Virus record (IMG/VR): IMGVR_UViG_3300033067_001144
From: an uncultured virus (IMG/VR IMGVR_UViG_3300033067_001144)
Taxonomy: Duplodnaviria; Heunggongvirae; Uroviricota; Caudoviricetes
Length of the DNA stretch: 20,000 nt
Strand: one strand, 5' to 3'
The notes below the pieces were generated by a model. It saw only the letters and a program-made list of their open reading frames with translations, was not told where the DNA came from and did no database searches. Of this stretch, positions 8,779-16,702 are shown piece by piece. The translations under genes were made by a program, and so were the position numbers. Position 1 is the first letter of the stretch. Every line of letters starts with the position of its first letter.

Positions 8779-9027
8779 ACGGTCAAATCAATTTCCCTTA
8801 TGCGCTGACTTGGGCGGTTAATCTGCCCACCTGGAGGAGTTGTGCTGGATACCTTTTTCGGGTCGGGAACGACGGGAGCGGCTTGCCTCAAGGAAGGCTT
8901 CCACGTGCTCGGGATCGAGCAGGACCGAGACTTCCACAAGCTGGGACGCAAGCGCTTGCGTCTCACGGCCAAGGACGCAAAGCCTGAACTCATGAAGGCC
9001 CTTTTCGCACCTCGGAGTTCCAAATGA
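8779..9027 (+). pseudogene. Displaced duplicate methyltransferase C-terminus
   Basis: Translates TVKSISLMR*LGRLICPPGGVVLDTFFGSGTTGAACLKEGFHVLGIEQD...RLRLTAK...MKALF, collinear with TVKSLGLCCWLVSLLVRPGGTVLDTFCGSGT...RLKLTAK...MQALF. TGA at 8806 sits where the intact copy has Trp. Confidence 0.85.
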
Positions 9028-9284
9028 AGAGTGGACTGTACGCTCGCTACAAACGCCGTGCCTTTCGGACCCTTCCCGGAGACCTCCCGAAGCACGACAA
9101 GATCGAGTTGCTGCACAGCAAGCCCTCCCAGCTTCCGGGCCGGATGCAGGCTGGCCATCTCATTCAGACAGCCGCACACAGCAAGGCCTTCCGTCGGGAC
9201 TTCGTACACGGCACCAACCGCAAACTGCGCCATGAGAAGGCCAAGTCGATTCGAGCCCTCCTCACCGATCAAGAGGACGACTAG
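9024..9284 (+). CDS. Small basic hypothetical protein
   Basis: 86-aa ORF with an ATGA overlap with the displaced methyltransferase end. Confidence 0.65.
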   Translation: MKSGLYARYKRRAFRTLPGDLPKHDKIELLHSKPSQLPGRMQAGHLIQTAAHSKAFRRDFVHGTNRKLRHEKAKSIRALLTDQEDD

Positions 9285-9300
9285 CCCGTAAAGGAAGATC

Positions 9301-9525
9301 ATGAGCACCACCAAGACCCCTCCCAAAGCCTCTGTCACCCTGCATCTCAGCCGCACGATCAAGCCCAGGGACTATGAGGCCGTGAAGGCCGAGATCACGA
9401 TCCATCTCGAAGGGGAAGCCTCTGAGCTCGATACGATTCTCGCGACCGTCTCGGAGAAGACGCGTACGGGTTTCGAGCGCGAGGTCAAGTACCTCAACAA
9501 GAAGATCAAGAACAACGAGCTGTAG
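9301..9525 (+). CDS. Small hypothetical protein
   Basis: AAAGGA RBS, 74 aa, strongly G/C-ending codons. Confidence 0.75.
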   Translation: MSTTKTPPKASVTLHLSRTIKPRDYEAVKAEITIHLEGEASELDTILATVSEKTRTGFEREVKYLNKKIKNNEL

Positions 9526-9552
9526 CCTTTCACGTCCGTAGGAGTCCTGACC

Positions 9553-12500
9553 ATGAAGCTTCCCCCTCCGAATCCGGCCGCTGTCCTCCCGCATCTTCGT
9601 ACGTACGCGAAAGCCGTACAGGACGAACTCAGGCATCAGCGAATCCCCACTCCCGCCTCCGTGCTCCGTACGAACGACGGGTGGATGGGGAAGCTTCCGG
9701 CTCCTGCGGTGGTCTGCACGTTGTTGCGCACTTTGACGGTGGGTCATCGAAGCAACCTCAAGAACTCTCCCATCTCTGTAGCAGAGTTGTTCTCGAAGTT
9801 GCTGTCGGGTCCGTGGGAGGGCTATGTCGAGCAGCAGATGGCCGACGCTCTTTTGCTGCTCCGGCCCAACGGTCCCGCACCCGAATGTGAGGAGACCGCG
9901 CAGCTTCGCGCACTAGCGGCAGAGACGAGCCAGCTTACGGCGTGGATCTCCGAGCAGACGGTCATCCGACTCGACAGGGGGCAGGATACGCTCCACGCGA
10001 ACATCGAGCTGACCGGCATCGAAGCCGGAGGCAACTTGTTCCCGTTGTTCTATGGGGTCCTCGCGGAATTGGATCGAAGCGTCCACTTGAGCTCTGACGT
10101 GGGGCTGTGGCGCAAATGGTCCCAGGAAGTCCCGGTTCTCTGGGAGCGTCTTCTGGAGAAAGGGGGAGCCCCCGATCCTTCTTCGGTGCGTGAGCTTTTC
10201 ACGCGGGCCGAGGTACTGAATCTTCCTGTGTCGTTGAGCTTGTACGCGATTGCCATGTCGCACCCCGCGATGCTTTCGACGGAGGTCACGTTCCAGAACA
10301 TCGTGAGCAGTGAGGGGAAGAAGGTGTCTCGGGACGACCAGCTCAAAGCCCTCCGATCGAGACGTCAGGACGAGGACAAGATGCCTCACGAGGAGCAGCC
10401 TTCCCCGCTGGTCTACCCGCACGTTGCCGACGGCAAGCCCGTGTGGCGAAGCCTGTGCCTGCAGGCCTCCGACGGGCCCTTGGTCCGCGAACGCAACGAT
10501 GGAACGCAGCTTCGGCACCCATACCTCTATGCACTCGCGCGACACATGGGTCTGAGCCCCGTTTCTCCTCACGTAGTGCTGAGCTCCGTCTCTCCTGAGC
10601 ACGCAGGATTTGACGATTTCGAGCCTCAACAGGAGATCGAGGCTTCCGTGGTTCGTAGTGCGGGTCAGGAGGGATCCCTCGCTCTCGTAGGCGATTCGAC
10701 CAACACGCATCTCAGGGCTAAGGCTTGTATCCTGCTGGAAGACTTCCGAAGGCTCTATCACATGGACGTGAAGACGTCCCCGACCATCTTTCGGAACACA
10801 AGCGGCCTCTTTCCGGCCTTGGGCTTTCTGCCCCAGAACCAGAAAGCCTCGTCGTACCTGGGGACGCTGGAGTATCACCTCTACACGATCCTCTACAACA
10901 TCTCCCGTGGGCATCCTGACAAGTTGGTCCGTTCTCGTGCGTTCAACAGTGCGTCGACGCTGCACACGTACGCCTCCACAGACGAGCTACTCACGTACGC
11001 ACTGAGCGTAGAGCTTTTGGCCAAAGACGTCGGGTACTGGGATGTGATTCCAACCTCGTTCGTAGAGTCGCTGGAAGAAATACGGAGAATGCTGACGTCA
11101 ACTCAGGCGACCGCTGTCGAACCCACAGAACCGAAGCCTGACAGGGCTGCTTGGTTGCCGCTCTCGTTGGAGCCTTTGACGTCTCAGGGGGAGATATTGA
11201 AGACGCACACCCAGACGCGTTACGTCCACCCCTGGACGTACGCTCTTGCCCTGAAGACACTCCCCGATCCCTCCGTTTTGTTCAGGACGGAGACCGTACT
11301 GCACGAAGTATCCCCTCTGGACCACCAAGCCCTTTCGTGGGACGCACACGGAACTCCAATCGTCCCTCCCGGACCGCACGCGGTCAACTTCCAGAGCGCG
11401 TTTGACGCCACGCAAGACGCTCTTAAGGGTCCAGCTTTTCGTGCGGAATGCCTTGCTCAAAACAAGGGGACGGACTGGAGATTCGCGACTTGGATACTAC
11501 CCAACGGGGGCCAGAGCACGGAGCACAAGCTTCGCATCTTGCTCTACCAATTCGTGTATCGCCTCTCCCACCTGAACCTAGGTCGTAATCTTGCACACAG
11601 CATGGATCGACTCCTCGATACAATCACAAAGGGCACAGTTGAAGAGCTCGTCGAGTCGTGCGTGACCATCACCTCTCTCATCGAGAAGGAAGACTTTCCT
11701 CTCGACGTACCCGACGCCTATGGAGATGCTGTGACCGACCTGATTTCTAAGCTTCAACGAGAGACGGCTTCCGTTGAGGAAAAGGTCGAGACGCAACCTC
11801 GTACGCGCTCGTGGCTGCACTTCTCTGTAGCCGTTCCCGAAGATGCTGTATGCGCTCCGTGTGAGCACATTCGCAATACGTTCCGCAATACGTTCCTTCA
11901 TCCATGGCTCTACGCGCTGGCCCTGAAGCGGCTCGGTCCAAAAGCCGCTTCATCATTGGTCAGTGAGCGTTCCCAGCGAGGTGTGATCCAATACTGGTCG
12001 TCGGGTCACCCGGACCTTCCCCACGCTTCTTTTCTGTGGACCCCTCCTCTCGCAGAACTTGGCATCGCCAAGGCTGAGCTTGAAGAGAAGGCTACTGAAG
12101 ACCTGAAGCCTGAGGGCTGTGATGAAGCCGATTGGAACGCATTCGTGCTGGAGGCCGATGGCCTCCACATGCGTCGGCACAATCTTACGGTCACCTACGA
12201 CCCGAATACCGAGTGGGCTGTCCTTCCGGTTCCTCCTGGTGGTCCCAAAATCAGTGCGACCGACCACCTTCGCGCTCTCGCCTACCAACTTGCGTTCCAG
12301 CTCCTGCATTCCGCTCCGGGTGGCCAGTCCTACATCGATCTTCTTCAGTTCCGGGATCGGATTCTCGATCCGAGCCTAAGCACGAAGAGACTCATGCAAG
12401 AGATTCTCGACGTGCTCAAGCGGTGCCCCGAGGACTATCGACTGGAGATTCCTGACGCATACATGACGTCCCTGGAGAAGCTTGCGGCAGAGCTTCATCT

Positions 12501-15500
12501 GACGAAGGAATCTCCCGCGGAAAAGAACGCGGCCCTAAATATCCGCGCGTCCCGAGCCGAGGCTATCCTACAGAGCGCTTCCGAGCTTGCTCTTCCGCCC
12601 AACGTCGCTGTGCAGGGAGAGGCTGTCGTGGCTGACTTTCACACCTACAACAGGAAAGACCCTTTGAGCGCATCCGTCCCCGTGGCACCTCAGCAAACCA
12701 CCCTTCCTGCCCGTGGGAAGGTATGGCAATCCATGTACTCCGCTTCGGGGTCTGAGCCGTACTATGAGATGCCCCGACAAAGCGTTGAGTTTGCGCATCC
12801 TTGGCTTTTGGCCGCGGCTCACATAGCAGGCTTCTCGCCAGAAGTGATTGACGACCTTGTGCGCGAGGAAGCCGCTCGTCACGGGAGCGCTCGTGCTCAA
12901 TTCTCTACTCATGCTTCTACAACTCTTTTGCAGAAGCTCCACTCGTTCGCAGAGCGTCACGAGAAGGCACCAGAAGGAAAAGACTCGTCGATCTATCGGA
13001 CGAATCTGGTCGATCGCTTCAAGGCCGCTGTCTCAAAGCTTGATCACTTCTCTCCTGGGGATGGGGAAGACACCCCGTGGCTTGGGGACGACGTGGCGTT
13101 CGCAGCGCAGCAGTGGTTTCACGCGAAGGCCAAGCGCGGAGAAGAAGTCTGCGTCAACGACATGCTGGAGTTCTACGGCTACACACTGCTGTTCCAGCTC
13201 GCGTACTGGAGCAGCGTACCCACGGAAGAGATCGCGAAACTGTGGTCTAAGGACCGGAGGACCTACGGGCGCTCTCTGGTGAAAGAAGCGCTGCGTCTTT
13301 CGGACGAGGACCAATTCGACATCCCGGATTCGATTCTGGCTACGCTGCAGTACCTGCTGTTGCGCGAGGGATCGTCTCCGATGGATGAGAACTACATCCA
13401 ATCGGGAAGCTTGATCTCTTTTCCTCTCCCGGCGAAGGTGGCTACCGTTCCCAGCGTCACAAGGGCCCTCGCGGAGTCTCTCGAAGAACTGACGTGGACG
13501 TGGGACGAGACTCACGTCACAATCCGCAGGAAGAACGAGACTCCTCTTATTACGTGTTATCGCTCTTCTCTGGCCTCGTTCGAGGCGAACGGAATCACCT
13601 ATACCACGGAGGTCCCTCCCAACATGGAGGGATCTCTGGCTGGTTCGTACACGAGAAATACGACCTCGGATGCGAAGATCGAGGCCCCCATGAAAGAGGC
13701 CACTGCTGCTATCCTTCCTACGCCTCCAAAGCCGCTCCCCTCGTTGCAGACACCTCTACAGCAACAGGAAGGAAAGGCCCCCGTAAAGGAGGAGCATGAA
13801 GAAACTTACGAGGCTAGACACTTGGCCTTCCCGAGGGAGGACATGACGTTCTCCTACGATTCTCGCGACTCGGTGTACGCTACGACACGCGCAGGGACGC
13901 GCGCACAGTTTGCACTACGAGTCTCAGCACTCCAGCGAGAGGTTCTGTCCACGCTGGACATAGGTAAGGACAGGTGGGTATCTCTGCTCACCGCCTCAGG
14001 TTTGTGGGAACCTGCACACCCCTATACCTTCGACCTATTCCACCTTGCGATGGCTCGCCTTCATTTGGAGTTCCCTAGGGATGCGTCGCGTCTTGGAGGT
14101 CACGAGTGGAGTTCCGAAGTTCTCCGACATGCGCTGGACGGAGGGAACAATCTCACGGAAGCTCACTCCACCGCGAGGCCTTGGGACGGGGGAGCTTCGC
14201 TGATACTGGCAGTGGAAAGCATCGCAGCGCGGGAAGAAGCTGCGTTCCGCGACACAGTACCGACGGGTACTAGTAAGGCAGCTTTCGATCTCCGATCACG
14301 TGCACTTCGCGCATTCTCGACCTTACTTAGTAAGATGGGGCCTGAGGCGGTAGACCGACTGCAGTCAGACACCAATCCACTGCAGTCACTCAACGACGCG
14401 AAAGACGTGGGGGTAGACGGGACCGCGTGGTCCCTGACATACCACGTAGCTCATCGCGTGATTCTTCACCTTAAGCGCACACGCGGGGCTTCGTTGCGCA
14501 GAGCAATTGATGTCATTCGCATGACATACTGGCGCTCAGCAGCCCCTGCTTACCAGCTTCGAGAGATTCTCAATATTGCACGGCAGGAAGAGATTCGCCT
14601 CCCGACGTATCTCCTCTTTCAGCTCTCAGAGCACGTCGATGCGAACGAGAAAGTCTGGGCAGAATTGCAGGAGGATGGGGTGGACCAACTCCGTAAAGAA
14701 TTGAGCACCTACCCCTATCGTACGAACGATTCGGGGTATGGCTTGACCACGAAAGGAACGACCATGACGGACAAGACGGCTAGCAACGAGAGGATCGAGC
14801 AAGAGATGCGGGTCGCTGTAGGCAAGGCTCAGGCGAGGCTGAAGCGTGCGAGTGACGAAGAAGAGGAGCTCGATGTGGTGAGAGGTGAGACTTCGGCTGA
14901 TAGCGGTGCGGCCTCTGCTACTCCCTACCGCAAGCGTTCATTCAATGCGAGTGAACTACACAGCCTCGTGGAGAAGGCTGCTAGCGCTACGTTCGCTTCC
15001 AGATTCAAGCGTTTCGTCCACGATGGACTCAACAGTGAGGATCCGGAGGAACGAGGGATGGCCCGAGAACTCGTAAAGGCGATGGAGCGCGGGATCGATA
15101 AGACTCCGGAAGAGGATACGAGGAACCTCGAAATCGAGCTCGCAGACGAGAGTGAAGAGGCCAAGCGTCCGTGGTACATGCCCTCCGATACCCTCATCGA
15201 CGACGTGAAGGGCTACGGCATCGAGGGGGTCGTGCGGCTCACCCGCGAAGAGGCCATCGACATGATTCGTGCTCCCGTTCTCTCCTTCTGGAGGAAGGAG
15301 AGCGGTGGGGGTCCGACGGGCAAGATGGTGAAGGCTATGGGAGCCCACTTCTTCCGAGAGGGCGGTAAGCCGGGGGAAGCGGTTCTGTCGGGTCTGGCCG
15401 GGGCTGCGATTCCGTTTGCCATCGAGGCCTTCTCTCCCGAGGATCAGAAACTGCTCCGCAAGGCCTCGGGTGCGCTCCGCAAGGAATTCTTCGGCCACGC

Positions 15501-15738
15501 CTCCCACATGGTCCTCGGCTCCGTGTGGAAGGAGATCAAAGAGCCGCTCAAGGAGGCTCTCGTTCCCCTTCTCTCGAAGATGAAAGAAGCGGCCACGACG
15601 GTGAACGTGGCCAAGGGTGCGCTCGGAGCCGCGAAGACCCGCATCGACGTTCGAGACGCGTCGCGTGATGACGACGTGCACGCAGAAGTGGGCCGCGGCC
15701 GTTCGACGGCCGACCGACGCGCACACAAGCGCGACTAG
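9553..15738 (+). CDS. Very large hypothetical protein (2061 aa) with degenerate internal repeats
   Basis: AGGAG RBS and an uninterrupted ORF. Recurrent W...HP[YW]xxAxA motifs. Possible internal in-frame start at 14764. Confidence 0.8.
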   Translation: MKLPPPNPAAVLPHLRTYAKAVQDELRHQRIPTPASVLRTNDGWMGKLPAPAVVCTLLRTLTVGHRSNLKNSPISVAELFSKLLSGPWEGYVEQQMADALLLLRPNGPAPECEETAQLRALAAETSQLTAWISEQTVIRLDRGQDTLHANIELTGIEAGGNLFPLFYGVLAELDRSVHLSSDVGLWRKWSQEVPVLWERLLEKGGAPDPSSVRELFTRAEVLNLPVSLSLYAIAMSHPAMLSTEVTFQNIVSSEGKKVSRDDQLKALRSRRQDEDKMPHEEQPSPLVYPHVADGKPVWRSLCLQASDGPLVRERNDGTQLRHPYLYALARHMGLSPVSPHVVLSSVSPEHAGFDDFEPQQEIEASVVRSAGQEGSLALVGDSTNTHLRAKACILLEDFRRLYHMDVKTSPTIFRNTSGLFPALGFLPQNQKASSYLGTLEYHLYTILYNISRGHPDKLVRSRAFNSASTLHTYASTDELLTYALSVELLAKDVGYWDVIPTSFVESLEEIRRMLTSTQATAVEPTEPKPDRAAWLPLSLEPLTSQGEILKTHTQTRYVHPWTYALALKTLPDPSVLFRTETVLHEVSPLDHQALSWDAHGTPIVPPGPHAVNFQSAFDATQDALKGPAFRAECLAQNKGTDWRFATWILPNGGQSTEHKLRILLYQFVYRLSHLNLGRNLAHSMDRLLDTITKGTVEELVESCVTITSLIEKEDFPLDVPDAYGDAVTDLISKLQRETASVEEKVETQPRTRSWLHFSVAVPEDAVCAPCEHIRNTFRNTFLHPWLYALALKRLGPKAASSLVSERSQRGVIQYWSSGHPDLPHASFLWTPPLAELGIAKAELEEKATEDLKPEGCDEADWNAFVLEADGLHMRRHNLTVTYDPNTEWAVLPVPPGGPKISATDHLRALAYQLAFQLLHSAPGGQSYIDLLQFRDRILDPSLSTKRLMQEILDVLKRCPEDYRLEIPDAYMTSLEKLAAELHLTKESPAEKNAALNIRASRAEAILQSASELALPPNVAVQGEAVVADFHTYNRKDPLSASVPVAPQQTTLPARGKVWQSMYSASGSEPYYEMPRQSVEFAHPWLLAAAHIAGFSPEVIDDLVREEAARHGSARAQFSTHASTTLLQKLHSFAERHEKAPEGKDSSIYRTNLVDRFKAAVSKLDHFSPGDGEDTPWLGDDVAFAAQQWFHAKAKRGEEVCVNDMLEFYGYTLLFQLAYWSSVPTEEIAKLWSKDRRTYGRSLVKEALRLSDEDQFDIPDSILATLQYLLLREGSSPMDENYIQSGSLISFPLPAKVATVPSVTRALAESLEELTWTWDETHVTIRRKNETPLITCYRSSLASFEANGITYTTEVPPNMEGSLAGSYTRNTTSDAKIEAPMKEATAAILPTPPKPLPSLQTPLQQQEGKAPVKEEHEETYEARHLAFPREDMTFSYDSRDSVYATTRAGTRAQFALRVSALQREVLSTLDIGKDRWVSLLTASGLWEPAHPYTFDLFHLAMARLHLEFPRDASRLGGHEWSSEVLRHALDGGNNLTEAHSTARPWDGGASLILAVESIAAREEAAFRDTVPTGTSKAAFDLRSRALRAFSTLLSKMGPEAVDRLQSDTNPLQSLNDAKDVGVDGTAWSLTYHVAHRVILHLKRTRGASLRRAIDVIRMTYWRSAAPAYQLREILNIARQEEIRLPTYLLFQLSEHVDANEKVWAELQEDGVDQLRKELSTYPYRTNDSGYGLTTKGTTMTDKTASNERIEQEMRVAVGKAQARLKRASDEEEELDVVRGETSADSGAASATPYRKRSFNASELHSLVEKAASATFASRFKRFVHDGLNSEDPEERGMARELVKAMERGIDKTPEEDTRNLEIELADESEEAKRPWYMPSDTLIDDVKGYGIEGVVRLTREEAIDMIRAPVLSFWRKESGGGPTGKMVKAMGAHFFREGGKPGEAVLSGLAGAAIPFAIEAFSPEDQKLLRKASGALRKEFFGHASHMVLGSVWKEIKEPLKEALVPLLSKMKEAATTVNVAKGALGAAKTRIDVRDASRDDDVHAEVGRGRSTADRRAHKRD
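11872..11895 (+). repeat. Perfect 12-bp in-frame tandem duplication
   Basis: CGCAATACGTTC twice, encoding RNTF-RNTF. Confidence 0.9.
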
Positions 15739-15799
15739 CCTTCTCGGCCTTCTTCGCTTCCTTCCTTACGGCCTTATGGCCTTCTTACCCGTCGCGTGA

Positions 15800-16654
15800 C
15801 CAACCCCACCACTCGAACGTGACTCGTATCTTAGACGTACCCTTACAGAGAAGCAGGCGCCACACTTTAGGTGTACCCCTTGGAGGCTACGCGTATCGTT
15901 GACTTTGCGTACCCCAGTGCCTCTGCATGTTCCATGGGATCTACGTACCCCAAACAGTCCGCGTGCATCGTTCGGGCCGCGCATCCCAGACGTCTTGCTT
16001 GCATCGAATGGCAGACGCACCCCAATTCTTGACGTGAACCGCGGGAACCACCGAATCCCAGCCCCGCCTCGTGTACCAATGGTGCGTCTTATCCCAGCAT
16101 CGAAGCATGAGTCTTGTCGCGTGTGTACCCTTGTGCCATGCACGAATCGTTGATGTTGCGAACCCCTATCCTGCGGCATATGCCCGTACGCCCACGCATC
16201 CCGGAGTCCCTCGCACGTATCGACTCCCGATCGAACCCCAAGGCTGGGCATGCCTCGTAAGCTTTGAGCGTATCCCGTGCCGACCGCAGGTTTCAGGCAA
16301 TACAGCGCACTCCGTCGAGGAAGCAAGAACCACCTCGTCAGAGAATCCCGTCCCAAGGTCGTGCGTCGTCCACCACACGTACCCCCACGTTCTCACTCGT
16401 ATCCTGGATCTTACGCACTCCGGCGCGACTACATGATGCAACGAACCTTCGAATCCCAGCACACGCATGTATCGACGGGCCGTCGAAACCCAGCTACCTT
16501 GCATGAGCTACCGATCCCGCGTACCCCATTGTTTCGGCTCGTACCTCAATAGGCTCGTATCCCGGCTAGCGCTCGTGGGTTGTATCGACCCGCATCCTTA
16601 CACGTCTCGTGACTCACGCGCATCCCAGCCTCCCGGCTCGTACCCGTAAAGGGG
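15800..16654. repeat. 36-nt-period dual-repeat/dual-spacer array (~24 units), TIGR-like; putative guide-RNA array
   Basis: An 8-nt motif near CGHAYCCC starts at 15800, 15836, 15872, 15908, 15944, 15980, 16016, 16052, 16088, 16124, 16159, 16195, 16232, 16269, 16306, 16342, 16378, 16414, 16450, 16484, 16520, 16556, 16591 and 16619. A second 10-nt motif near DCDYGNNYCR starts about 17 nt into each unit. The ~9-nt segments between are unique. Confidence 0.85.
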
Positions 16655-16671
16655 TGGTGTCCCCCCACCCC
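16651..16671 (+). promoter_or_regulatory. Small hairpin closing the array
   Basis: GGGGTGG-TGTCCCC-CCACCCC followed by ACGTCTTT. It resembles the 6039-6070 element. Confidence 0.4.
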
Positions 16672-16702
16672 ACGTCTTTCCTCGAACCAGAAAGTGAACG
16701 TC

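Noticed and set aside
8806..8808. TGA read as Trp (alternative genetic code)
   Set aside because: Many genes here end in TGA with ATGA/GTGA coupling to the next gene, so TGA is a stop. This codon is better explained as a nonsense mutation.
15180..15540. Annotating the giant ORF's C-terminus as a Tas/Nop-domain protein
   Set aside because: Only a loose by-eye resemblance (VKGYG...IDMIRAP...WR). It is kept as a hypothesis to test, not as a feature.
15800..16654. Array as a protein-coding 12-aa repeat (R-T/I-P every 12 residues, e.g. ORF 15899-16153)
   Set aside because: Several unit lengths of 34, 35 and 37 nt shift the frame while the nucleotide motifs persist. There are in-frame stops and no clear RBS. 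A decayed coding repeat is not fully excluded because some motif variation falls at wobble positions.
15800..16654. CRISPR array
   Set aside because: The repeats are only 8-10 nt and degenerate, the spacers are ~9 nt, and no cas genes are present.
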